NCBI GenBank assembly: GCA_965205015.1
Contig: OZ242029.1
Coordinates: 2,016,001-2,080,000 of the forward strand
Length of the DNA: 64,000 nucleotides
Direction of reading: 5' to 3'
DNA from: Candidatus Poribacteria bacterium
GTDB taxonomy: Bacteria; Poribacteria; WGA-4E; WGA-3G
Shown here: positions 27,136-36,486 of the stretch, piece after piece
How positions within the stretch are numbered: position 1 is the first letter of the stretch
Layout of the letters: the number at the start of each line of letters is the position of its first letter
Notes under the pieces: generated by a model
What the model saw: only the letters and a program-made list of their open reading frames with translations
The model's database searches: none
Told to the model about the DNA's origin: nothing
Position numbers and translations under genes: made by a program

Positions 27136-27933
27136 ATGATTAACGTTGAACCCACACTCAATGACCAGCAGGTCATGCAGTTTATCCATAACGGCTATAT
27201 CACCTTAGAGAGCATTATTGATCCAGATTTCAATAAGGCGTGTGAATCTGTACACGGGGGGCATCTCAGCGATTTCGTCCTTACCGATGAATTTCGCCGG
27301 AACGTCTTATTGCACCCGGAAGTCGCCGGGGTCGTCCGTTCACTGTTAGGTGAGGATTTTCTCGTACCGACGAGCGCACATCATCATCTCTTTGAAGCAC
27401 CACACCGCGGGCAAACATGGCATTCCGACGGACTCACCGAATACGGATACGGTATCACACATCTCCAGTGCTACTATTACCCGAAAGAGGTGAAAATTGA
27501 GGATGGTCCGACAATGATATTACCCGGCTCGCACCATCGGCTTGTCGATAGGGAAGCGATCGCACATTACGGGGACATCCTCGGACAACTTTCCCTCACC
27601 GTTCCAGCAGGCACCGTCGCTATGACACGCTACGGTATCTGGCATAAGGCGGGTCCAAAACTCAATCCCGATAGACGCGGGATGATTAAGTTCTCCTATT
27701 TCCGGACAGCAATGCCCACGCGCGATTGGGCGCGGGATTCCGATGAGATTCCGCCTTACCAACATCAAGGACGGCATCCGTACGTAACTGAAGTAGAATC
27801 CTATCGCAACCGACGCAGGGGTGAATTGACATGGAACTGGCTATGCGGATTGGCAGAAGTGCCGGAGGAAATTCCGCCGGTACAGATGTTTAACAGCGGA
27901 ATTCCCTTATCAGAAATCCAACTTCATTTTTAA
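27136..27933 (+). CDS. Phytanoyl-CoA dioxygenase (PhyH) family Fe/2OG protein
   Basis: WHSD (HxD), GPTMILPGSH, IWH, R..IK. Confidence 0.88.
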   Translation: MINVEPTLNDQQVMQFIHNGYITLESIIDPDFNKACESVHGGHLSDFVLTDEFRRNVLLHPEVAGVVRSLLGEDFLVPTSAHHHLFEAPHRGQTWHSDGLTEYGYGITHLQCYYYPKEVKIEDGPTMILPGSHHRLVDREAIAHYGDILGQLSLTVPAGTVAMTRYGIWHKAGPKLNPDRRGMIKFSYFRTAMPTRDWARDSDEIPPYQHQGRHPYVTEVESYRNRRRGELTWNWLCGLAEVPEEIPPVQMFNSGIPLSEIQLHF

Positions 27934-28073
27934 TTTATGAAGTCTCTGTTCCGTATCGCACCAAGAACCAAGACCGCAACAATACGCAGAAACACCCTAT
28001 CAAAAACACGCGGGCGACTCGAACACGGAAACCATCAAAGTTTTAACCTACATCACTTATCCGCAAGGTAAAA

Positions 28074-28874
28074 TTAAAAACGCGCACCGCACGCTTGCAA
28101 ACATGCCTGCATGTGCCCACGCGATTCTGCCGCAATCGTGCAGCACTGTTCTAAACTGTACTCTTTCGCACCGATCACCTCAAGGTTCAACGGACCCGTA
28201 TAACCGTTTTCATGTAAAACCCGAATATAACCGACGAGGTCAATGTCGCCACGTCCATTCGCCTGCAACTCAGGGTCGCCAGGACCGCGTTGTGTGCCTT
28301 TGCAGTCTCGAATGTGCACGTGTCTGACGCGCGAGATCACCGCAGCAATCGCCTCCACAGGGTTCTCATCCGCACGATGAATATGAGACGGATCCATATC
28401 AATTCCAAACGCCGGTGACGAAATCGCTTCCATGATGCGGAGCGTCGTCGGTGTGTTATAGATGCTCGCGCCCACGTGTGCCTTGACGCAAAGCGTTACA
28501 CCGTAGTGTTCCGCACGTTCGGAGAGACTGCCCAATGAATCGACAACTTCGGGCCATGCGGATTCATCGTCTGACGTACCACCGGGACCGCAGTTAATAA
28601 TCGGGACACCGATCTCAGCCGCAGCTTGAAATGCCTGCTCCATGCGTTCTGGATCGCGTGAGGGTTGTTCCATTGCCAACAGATCGAGTTCGTATTCTTT
28701 CGCGAGCCGTTTGATGTCGGCAGCGAGTTCTTTCCAATTCGCGAGCACGAGATGTTGGCTCATCCCGTCAATCGCTGAGAGTTCAATCCCATCGTAACCC
28801 GCCATCGCGATGTGCTTGAAGGCGATTTCCATATCGTAACCGCCGAATAGTACCGAATTTGCTCCTAATTTCAA
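28074..28874 (-). CDS. Sugar phosphate isomerase/epimerase (TIM barrel)
   Basis: TTG 28874 after AAGGAG; GYDGIEL, DPSH, HVHIRD, GYTGPLNLE. Confidence 0.88.
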   Translation of the reverse strand: MKLGANSVLFGGYDMEIAFKHIAMAGYDGIELSAIDGMSQHLVLANWKELAADIKRLAKEYELDLLAMEQPSRDPERMEQAFQAAAEIGVPIINCGPGGTSDDESAWPEVVDSLGSLSERAEHYGVTLCVKAHVGASIYNTPTTLRIMEAISSPAFGIDMDPSHIHRADENPVEAIAAVISRVRHVHIRDCKGTQRGPGDPELQANGRGDIDLVGYIRVLHENGYTGPLNLEVIGAKEYSLEQCCTIAAESRGHMQACLQACGARF

Positions 28875-28927
28875 ATGTAAGTTCTCCTTCCGTAGCAGCG
28901 GATGTTGCACCACCTGCGCTACAACAA

Positions 28928-30007
28928 TTATCCTTTCAAAGACGGAAGTGGATGTGGACGTACCACGATACCGCCCTGTTCGTAAGACTCCATCGCCGCC
29001 CAAGTATACTCAAGTGCCGCGAGCGCATCTCTGCCAGAGGCACGTAACTGCTCTTTCGGTACGCCGTTCGTGATGTCCTCTAAAAAGGCATGAATCCTTA
29101 ACGGGAAAGTCTGACCGAAGTCGCTGATGCCAGATTCTGTGACAATAGGTGCGTCAGAGAAGTCGGGAGCACCAGGGGAGGGCCAATAGGTCACCTTCTC
29201 GATGCAGTTCTCGATGCAGAAGGTACCACGTGTGCCTGCGAGTTCGACACTCCACCATCCGCCGAGACCGAATGTGGCATCGCCACGTTGACTCAATAGG
29301 TAGCCGATACACCCGTTTTCAAAACGGAGGTGGATACTGTTAATGGAGACCATTACATCTCCTGCACCCCGTCTAAAATGCGGACGATCCATGAAGGCTT
29401 GAACGTGCGTCACATCACCGCAGAAATGACGCATCACACTGAACGGATGCGACAGGAAGGCCTTCACGTGAAAATAGGGGAATCCATCTGACCGCGGGGC
29501 TTTCGAGTAGCTATAACCGAACTCTCCGCCAGCAAATCCCATTTTGTGAAGGCAGTAAACCATCTCCCCGATGTGTCCATCGTCAATATATTTCTTCGCT
29601 TGCTCTGCAGGCGGTGTAAAATAGTGATTCAGATTACAACCGAGATAGAGGTCCGCTTCCGTGGCTTTGGCTACCATTTCTCGTGCCTGTCCGATATCGT
29701 TAGAGATCGGTTTCTCAACGAGCACATGTTTTCCTTTATCAAGAGCCTCCATTGTGGGTTCGTAATGCCAACTCCCGTTCTCATTCCCACCGGTACCGAC
29801 ATCGACGATGTCCAAATCGGGTTCGCCATCAATCATATCGGCTAAGTTATAGTATGCCTTGACACCGAGACGTTCCGCTGCGGTGTCCGCACGCTCTTTC
29901 ACAATATCACACACCGCAACGAGTTCCGCTAAGTCGTCATTCGTGTGGCAATTCGCATGATTATTACCAATCCCACTCATGCCGACAACGCCAACTTTTA
30001 ATGCCAT
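28928..30007 (-). CDS. Gfo/Idh/MocA family oxidoreductase
   Basis: VGVVGMSGIG, KHVLVEKP. Confidence 0.9.
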   Translation of the reverse strand: MALKVGVVGMSGIGNNHANCHTNDDLAELVAVCDIVKERADTAAERLGVKAYYNLADMIDGEPDLDIVDVGTGGNENGSWHYEPTMEALDKGKHVLVEKPISNDIGQAREMVAKATEADLYLGCNLNHYFTPPAEQAKKYIDDGHIGEMVYCLHKMGFAGGEFGYSYSKAPRSDGFPYFHVKAFLSHPFSVMRHFCGDVTHVQAFMDRPHFRRGAGDVMVSINSIHLRFENGCIGYLLSQRGDATFGLGGWWSVELAGTRGTFCIENCIEKVTYWPSPGAPDFSDAPIVTESGISDFGQTFPLRIHAFLEDITNGVPKEQLRASGRDALAALEYTWAAMESYEQGGIVVRPHPLPSLKG

Positions 30008-30369
30008 TTATCAAAAGTTCCTTCCAGTAATGAAATTTAATTTCGCCTATGGGGAAGACGTGCAGTTTAAATTTATGCTTGCTCGTAACACCCCACAGCG
30101 GCTTTGCACCTAATTATAAGGCTGTTCTCGGTTTTGTCAACAAGTATCTTCGAAAATATCCTTGACAGTATTCCCAATCTATGCTATTTTCTCGTATATA
30201 ACCCAAGTTGCTACTTACGAATGGTAAGGGTTTGCAATGTAATACAAGGAACGGATTTATTCTATTCCCAGACGAAATTCGGTATTTCTGCGGATTTCAA
30301 TAACGGTTTTCGAGCACTTCTGCACCCCGCAGGGGTGCTATGTCTATAGAGTGGAGGAGGAAACGACAG

Positions 30370-31464
30370 ATGAGTATCAGCGTCGGGATGGTAGGCTTAG
30401 GGATGTTCGGGCCCTCATTTATCCAATCGTATCAGTCACATCCAGATGTGCATCGTCTTGCGCTCTGTGATTTACGTGAAGACCGACTCACAAAATGGGC
30501 AAAGCAATTTGAGATTTCCGAGACCTATACAAGCTTGGACGACATCTGCAAATCGGATTTAGATGCCCTCGTAATTATCACACAACATTGGATGCACGCA
30601 CCGCAGGCGATTCAAGCGATGGAAGCTGGAAAACACGTCTATACCGCTGTCCCTGCCGCTGCATCGTTGGATGAATGCGAAGCCCTTATCAGAACCGTTG
30701 AGCGAACCGGAATGATTTACATGAACGGTGAAACGAGTTATTTCCGTCCCGAAACCGCCTTCTGTCGTCAGAAAGCAGCGGAAGGTGCGTTTGGAGAGTT
30801 CATTCATTGCCGTGCCGAATATTTTCATGACATGGACCACGGACTCTACGACGTCGCGAGAAATCGGTGGGGTGCGCTCTGGGGACGCGACAAGAGTGGT
30901 AATATCCCGATGTACTATCCCACGCATTCAACCTGCTTTCCTATCTCTGTAATGAAGGCACACGCAACATCGGTCTCCGCACAAGGGTACATCTATCCAA
31001 ACGACGATTGGTTTCGGAAGGATACCATTCACAAGAACCCATTTTCCAATGAGGTTGGGCTTTTCACAATGAGCAATGGGGCAACAATGCAAATCTGTGA
31101 GTTCCGACGGATCGGGCATCCCGGATCTGAACGCGTCAGCGGCATCTATGGAACAGAGGGGAGTTATGAACAGAGTCTGGCAGGGTGCGTTTGGGCGAGT
31201 AAACGCGAAAGGGAGATCGTCCAGCCTTCGCAAACACACGAAGAGCTGCCCGAGGTACTCGCAGCGGATCTCGGTGGACATGGCGGTTCACACGCCTATC
31301 TCGTACACGAATTCGTGGATGCTGTCAATCGCCAACGCTTGCCGCGCGTCAACGTTTGGGAAGCAGTTCGGTACTGCGCACCCGGGTTTGTCGCACACGA
31401 ATCTGCACTACGAGACGGAGAATTACTCCCGATTCCAGATTGGGGAGACGCACCCGAAACTTAA
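30370..31464 (+). CDS. Gfo/Idh/MocA family oxidoreductase
   Basis: VGMVGLGMFG, GKHVYTAVP, YPTHS, GGHGGSH. Confidence 0.9.
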   Translation: MSISVGMVGLGMFGPSFIQSYQSHPDVHRLALCDLREDRLTKWAKQFEISETYTSLDDICKSDLDALVIITQHWMHAPQAIQAMEAGKHVYTAVPAAASLDECEALIRTVERTGMIYMNGETSYFRPETAFCRQKAAEGAFGEFIHCRAEYFHDMDHGLYDVARNRWGALWGRDKSGNIPMYYPTHSTCFPISVMKAHATSVSAQGYIYPNDDWFRKDTIHKNPFSNEVGLFTMSNGATMQICEFRRIGHPGSERVSGIYGTEGSYEQSLAGCVWASKREREIVQPSQTHEELPEVLAADLGGHGGSHAYLVHEFVDAVNRQRLPRVNVWEAVRYCAPGFVAHESALRDGELLPIPDWGDAPET

Positions 31465-31633
31465 AACAGAAGATTATCCTTGATTTTTATTCCATTTTAG
31501 AGTATACTATACTATTTAAAGGGCTTCTAATGGCTGGATATCATGCAAATCGGCACGCAACCTTCGGCTAAATAGCAAGCAATCGGACATTAATCAACGC
31601 ACACTACGAATCTGAGGCAATAAGGAGTACAGA

Positions 31634-34078
31634 ATGGATACTGAACACGCGGGAGCTTATGATGTATCGGCTATCCCTGCTGATGTTGCCCGCGAAATTG
31701 AAATTTATGAGATTCAACTGGGTCGCGTCCAAGCCGGCCAGGTTGAAGAAACGCTCTTCACCGAATTTAGACTTCGGCACGGAGTTTACGGGCAGCGCGA
31801 TGACCGGTCGCAGATGATTCGGGTTAAAATCCCTTTCGGTGGACTCACAGCAGCACAACTCGAAATGTTAGCGGATGTCGCTGAAGAATTCTCGGATAAT
31901 ATCATCCACATTACGACACGTCAAGATGTCCAATACCACTATGTAGACATCAATAACACCCCTGAGTTAATGCGCCGCCTCGCAAGCGTAGACATTACAA
32001 CAAAGGAAGCCTGTGGGAATGTCGTGCGAAACGTTACAGCATGCCCGCTCAGCGGTGTCTGTCAAGATGAGACATTTGACGTAACACCCTATTCTAAGGC
32101 GTTGTCTGCATTCCTTTTAGGGCATCCAGATGCCCAAGATTTTGGTCGTAAGTTCAAAATCGCGTTTTCTGGATGTGAAGAACACGCGTGCGGCTTAGCA
32201 AATATGCACGACATCGGTGCCGTCGCTGCTGTTAAAGAGGTGGACGGTGAAGTCAAACGCGGTTTTAAACTTTATGTCGGCGGCGGACTTGGCGCAGTAC
32301 CACATCAGGCGAAAGTGTTTGATGATTTTGTCTCCGCAGAAGAACTCCTCCCGATTTCACAATCAATTTGCAGGGTTTTCACCCGTTTAGGGGAACGCCG
32401 GAATCGGAATAAGGCGCGTTTAAAATTTGTGATCGCCAAATACGGCATTGAGGAATTCCGTAGACAGGTCCTTGAAGATCGCGCTACCTTACGGCACGAC
32501 CCAGCATGGACGGCGTATCTGGACAATCTCGACGCTTACAACGAAAGTCCCCTCAAGGCACCGACGCAACTCAATGGTGCTTCAAGACCTGATGGGTTTG
32601 AAGAGTGGTATCAATCGAATGTGCGGTTACAGAGTCAACCCGGCTACGCTTTTGTGACAATTACGCTACCGCTTGGGGATATTACCGCAGATCAGACGCG
32701 CGCTTTGGCAGATATTTCACGGAAATATGTCAAAGATACCATCCGTGCCACGGTCGAACAGAACATCGTTCTCCGCTGGGTAACCATGACGGATCTCCCC
32801 GCACTCTATCGTGAACTCAAAGAGATTGGTTTGGGTGACCCGGGCGCAGAATCCATGGTTGATATTACCGCATGTCCCGGTACTGACTCTTGCAAACTGG
32901 GGGTTTCTTCTTCACGCGGTCTGGCAGCGCACCTGCGAAACTATTTCATTGAAGCCGGTGTGCAGAATGAAATCAAGGACTTTCGGATTAAGATTAGTGG
33001 ATGCCCCAACTCCTGTGGACAGCACCACATCGCGAATATTGGCTTCTTCGGATCCTCGCGTCGGATGGGTGAGCATATTGCGCCTTACTATCAGGTACTA
33101 CTCGGTGGACACATGGTGGAAAACGCCAGTTCTTACGGACTTGCCACTGGAAAAATCCACGGCAAATATATTCCAGCGTTCATTGAGGAATTAACCGGCA
33201 AGTACACGACGGAACGCAATGAGGAAGAGTCCTTTACCGATTACGTCGCACGGCTCGGTAAGGCGGAGATCAAGCAGATCTTGTCCAAGTACGATAAGAT
33301 TCCGTCTTATGAGGAAGCACCAGAGTTCTATGTGGACACCGGCGACACGAAGGATTACCAACTCAAGACAGGGGTCGGTGAATGTGCAGGAGAGGTCGTA
33401 GCACTTGTCTCCATGAAGTTGGAAGAGGCAGACCGACTCATCTATGAATCCGGATTGAATTTGGAAAAGGGTGAATATCAAGATTCCGCGGAGATGGCTT
33501 TTAATGCAATGATCAGAGCCGCAGACGGACTCTCAACGACGGTGGGGTTGCAATATATTGATGACGCAACCACTGTCAACGAATTCCGCACCCATTTCTT
33601 TGAACCTGGTAACTTCTTCCCCGGTTACGGTGCGCACATCTTCAAGGCGACTGAGGAAGATGCTTCTACGTTTGATCACGAATTGGCACACCGTCGCGTT
33701 GAAGAAGCGACACTCTTCGTAGAAGAATCGCATAACGTGTATAATCGTATGCGCATCAAGCAGGAGGAAGAGGAAGAGAGTCGTCGTAAACGACGTCGCT
33801 CACGACCTGCCCGGAAACCGCGGGTTGTCAAGAAGGCGAAACCCGTTGAGGAAATCGTGGATAGCCTCGATCTCAAAGGGGTTGCCTGCCCGTTCAACTA
33901 CGTCCAAGCAAAGATTCGGTTGGAAACGATGGACCTCGGTCAGCTTCTCGAAGTCACCATCGACGATGGCGAACCCATTGAGAACGTCCCCAAGAGCCTC
34001 ACTAACGATGGGCATGAAATCGTTGACACCAAGAAGATCGGAAAGCACTACCGTCTCACCGTTCGGAAGGGTGAGTAA
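31634..34078 (+). CDS. Nitrite/sulfite reductase hemoprotein fused to a helical domain and a C-terminal TusA-like sulfur carrier
   Basis: RLRHGVYGQR, HITTRQ, ACPGTDSC and GCPNSC siroheme/4Fe-4S ligands; C-terminal LDLKGVACPFNYV..K..LE. Confidence 0.9.
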   Translation: MDTEHAGAYDVSAIPADVAREIEIYEIQLGRVQAGQVEETLFTEFRLRHGVYGQRDDRSQMIRVKIPFGGLTAAQLEMLADVAEEFSDNIIHITTRQDVQYHYVDINNTPELMRRLASVDITTKEACGNVVRNVTACPLSGVCQDETFDVTPYSKALSAFLLGHPDAQDFGRKFKIAFSGCEEHACGLANMHDIGAVAAVKEVDGEVKRGFKLYVGGGLGAVPHQAKVFDDFVSAEELLPISQSICRVFTRLGERRNRNKARLKFVIAKYGIEEFRRQVLEDRATLRHDPAWTAYLDNLDAYNESPLKAPTQLNGASRPDGFEEWYQSNVRLQSQPGYAFVTITLPLGDITADQTRALADISRKYVKDTIRATVEQNIVLRWVTMTDLPALYRELKEIGLGDPGAESMVDITACPGTDSCKLGVSSSRGLAAHLRNYFIEAGVQNEIKDFRIKISGCPNSCGQHHIANIGFFGSSRRMGEHIAPYYQVLLGGHMVENASSYGLATGKIHGKYIPAFIEELTGKYTTERNEEESFTDYVARLGKAEIKQILSKYDKIPSYEEAPEFYVDTGDTKDYQLKTGVGECAGEVVALVSMKLEEADRLIYESGLNLEKGEYQDSAEMAFNAMIRAADGLSTTVGLQYIDDATTVNEFRTHFFEPGNFFPGYGAHIFKATEEDASTFDHELAHRRVEEATLFVEESHNVYNRMRIKQEEEEESRRKRRRSRPARKPRVVKKAKPVEEIVDSLDLKGVACPFNYVQAKIRLETMDLGQLLEVTIDDGEPIENVPKSLTNDGHEIVDTKKIGKHYRLTVRKGE

Positions 34079-34230
34079 AGTCCAAGGTTGTGGTTCCTCA
34101 GAACCGAATTTCACACAGGCGATTGCCGCCCGCGCCCAAAACGGGTGTGGGTGGGCAAACGCCCTAATTTTTTTCAAAATTTATGTTCCATAAAGCCAAT
34201 ATAATACTGTGGGAAATGAATTAATTAATA

Positions 34231-34569
34231 ATGCGTGACGTACATCCGCGTGAAATCGAATATTACTACACACCAAACGGCCAACGCCCTTTCATTGAGT
34301 GGTTAGAGTCAATCCAAGATATACGGACACAAGATCGGATTCAGGCACGCGCGGACCGCCTTAAATTTGGCAATTTTAGTGATTACAAACCTGTTGGTGA
34401 CGGTGTCTGTGAGTTACGTCTCAACTTTGGACCAGGTTATCGAATATATTTTGGGATGGTAGATCGTACAATTGTCCTTCTGCTCTGTGGTGGTGACAAG
34501 TCATCGCAGAGACGTGATATTGAGCGTGCAAAAACGTACTGGCGAGAATACAAGGAGACACATTCATGA
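34231..34569 (+). CDS. RelE/ParE-family addiction module toxin
   Basis: PFIEWL, GNFSDYKPVGDGVCELR..FGPGYRIYF, LLLCGGDKSSQ. Confidence 0.92.
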   Translation: MRDVHPREIEYYYTPNGQRPFIEWLESIQDIRTQDRIQARADRLKFGNFSDYKPVGDGVCELRLNFGPGYRIYFGMVDRTIVLLLCGGDKSSQRRDIERAKTYWREYKETHS

Positions 34570-34943
34570 GAAAAATGGGAAAATGGCGCGAGTATCTCAT
34601 CGAAAAACTTGCAGATCGAGAAAGGGCAATTGGTTATCTCCAAGCAATTCTCGACGATTACTATATCTACGGAGGGACTGCTGTAGTTAGGGATGCTCTT
34701 GATACTGTTGTTGAAGCTCAGGGTGGGGTTTCCAAGCTTGCAAAGTATGCCGATATAGACCCACAAGTGCTTTCAAGAGTGCTATTCAACGAAAAGACAC
34801 CGCTAATTGACGCACTTGGAATCGTTCTGAAAGCACTCGGATACCAACTTTCAATTAAGCCTTTAGAAAGCGAAAATTCCAACCTTAGCACTGATACTGT
34901 GCAAACGACACATGTGGCGGAAAGCTCTACCTCATTACAATAA
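34566..34943 (+). CDS. Addiction module antidote (HTH antitoxin)
   Basis: ATGA overlap with toxin; AQGGVSKLAKYADI...L..VLKALG. Confidence 0.85.
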   Translation: MRKMGKWREYLIEKLADRERAIGYLQAILDDYYIYGGTAVVRDALDTVVEAQGGVSKLAKYADIDPQVLSRVLFNEKTPLIDALGIVLKALGYQLSIKPLESENSNLSTDTVQTTHVAESSTSLQ

Positions 34944-34944
34944 A

Positions 34945-34973
34945 TTGACTTTCCGAACAAATTACAGTATAAT
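34945..34973 (+). promoter_or_regulatory. Sigma70 promoter
   Basis: TTGACT-17 nt-TATAAT. Confidence 0.75.
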
Positions 34974-35099
34974 AAAGACAGCGGATTGTAATGAATCCAG
35001 CAGGAATAGTGTGCTGGTAATTAAAATATCGCGGGTGAACCCTGCTCTTACACGAAAAGCCCTTCTGGGCGTTATGTTTATAGGAAATTTTTTACCAGA

Positions 35100-35678
35100 A
35101 TGGATCTACAACAGATTAACATTAAGGTTTTTACAACCGAAGATAGCAAAATCAACTATACCAACTTCATCAAGGTCTTCAACCGTTGGATGGAGGAAGC
35201 GGATTCGGAGGATTATTTGAACTACGCCGACTATTCGCACGTTGATGCAGGACCGGGTGTACTGTTGATTTTGAAGCAAGCCAACTATAGCATCGACAAT
35301 GCTTACCATGAGGACGGGTTCCTCTATAACCGGAAACATGCAGTCGAAGGCGACAATGCTGACAAGATTCGCCAAGCACTCGCAGAAGTGCTCTCCAAGT
35401 GCGAACAACTTGAAGCAGCAGCAGAGTTGGAAAACGCAGTGCATTTCAACGGCGGAGACCTCCTGTTCATGATAAACAATCGGCATATCGCACCGAATAC
35501 ATCAGAGACAGCAGCGTCCGTTGAGGCAGACCTAACACCCGTCCTACAACAGATGTACGGCGGTGACGATTTCACCGTGGAACGCACCTCTGAAGATGCC
35601 CGCGAACGGTTCGCTTTGCGAATCTCGGCGAACGCGGATAAACCCATTTCAGAACTCCTCTCTAATCTGGGAGCCTAA
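35100..35678 (+). CDS. Hypothetical protein in the sulfite reductase/MoeB neighbourhood
   Basis: 192-aa ORF with ADYSHVDAGPGVLL motif; 1 nt gap to the moeB-like start. Confidence 0.8.
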   Translation: MDLQQINIKVFTTEDSKINYTNFIKVFNRWMEEADSEDYLNYADYSHVDAGPGVLLILKQANYSIDNAYHEDGFLYNRKHAVEGDNADKIRQALAEVLSKCEQLEAAAELENAVHFNGGDLLFMINNRHIAPNTSETAASVEADLTPVLQQMYGGDDFTVERTSEDARERFALRISANADKPISELLSNLGA

Positions 35679-35679
35679 G

Positions 35680-36486
35680 ATGTTTAACTTCAGCAACGAA
35701 CAGATTGAACGCTACAGCCGACATATTATTCTCAACGAGGTCGGTGGGATGGGGCAGACGCGGTTGCTTGAATCGAAAGTGCTACTTGTCGGGGCAGGTG
35801 GACTCGGTTCCCCTATTGGAATGTATCTTGCAGCGGCAGGGGTCGGCACGATCGGCATTGTTGACGACGATGCCGTCGATCTCAGTAATTTACAACGTCA
35901 AATATTGCACGGTGTCAGCGACATCGGCGTTCTGAAGACAAAGTCCGCAGAAGCCACTATCGCAGAGATGAACCCAGATGTCAAGGTGATCCCCTACAAC
36001 GAGCGTATCACTTCGGAAAACGCTTTTGAGATATTAGAGCCGTATGATCTGATTGTAGATGGGTGCGACAACTTTCCAACCCGCTATCTTCTCAACGACG
36101 CATCTGTTATGCTTGGCAAGCCGATTGTGCACGGCAGCATTTCCCAGTTTGAAGGACAGGCCACCGTCCTTTACCCGGGCAAAGGACCCTGTTATCGATG
36201 TATCTTTCCTGAACCGCCACCCCCAGGGATGGCACCGAGTTGCCAAGAAGCCGGTGTCTTTGGGGTGTTACCCGGCATTATCGGCACAATTCAAGCCGTT
36301 GAAGCGCTTAAAGTCCTGCTGGACATGGGTGAATCGCTAATTGGGAGCCTTCTGCTTTTCGACGCGTTATCGATGGATTTCAACAAACTGAAACTCCGCC
36401 AAAATAGCGATTGCCCGATGTGTGGTGAGAATCCCACCATCCATGAATTGATTGATTACGAGGAATTTTGTGAGGTGCGTTGGTAA
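35680..36486 (+). CDS. moeB: ThiF/MoeB family adenylyltransferase (no rhodanese domain)
   Basis: RYSRHI, GAGGLG, SNLQRQ, DGCDNF, CYRC, SCQEAGV, CPMC. Confidence 0.9.
   Translation: MFNFSNEQIERYSRHIILNEVGGMGQTRLLESKVLLVGAGGLGSPIGMYLAAAGVGTIGIVDDDAVDLSNLQRQILHGVSDIGVLKTKSAEATIAEMNPDVKVIPYNERITSENAFEILEPYDLIVDGCDNFPTRYLLNDASVMLGKPIVHGSISQFEGQATVLYPGKGPCYRCIFPEPPPPGMAPSCQEAGVFGVLPGIIGTIQAVEALKVLLDMGESLIGSLLLFDALSMDFNKLKLRQNSDCPMCGENPTIHELIDYEEFCEVRW

Noticed and set aside
28875-29003. N-terminal extension of the isomerase ORF
   Set aside because: Overlaps the upstream gene; AAGGAG plus TTG at 28874 is the better start
31500-31633. SAM riboswitch upstream of the sulfite reductase
   Set aside because: No recognisable SAM-I/II/V core beyond a short gctaaa
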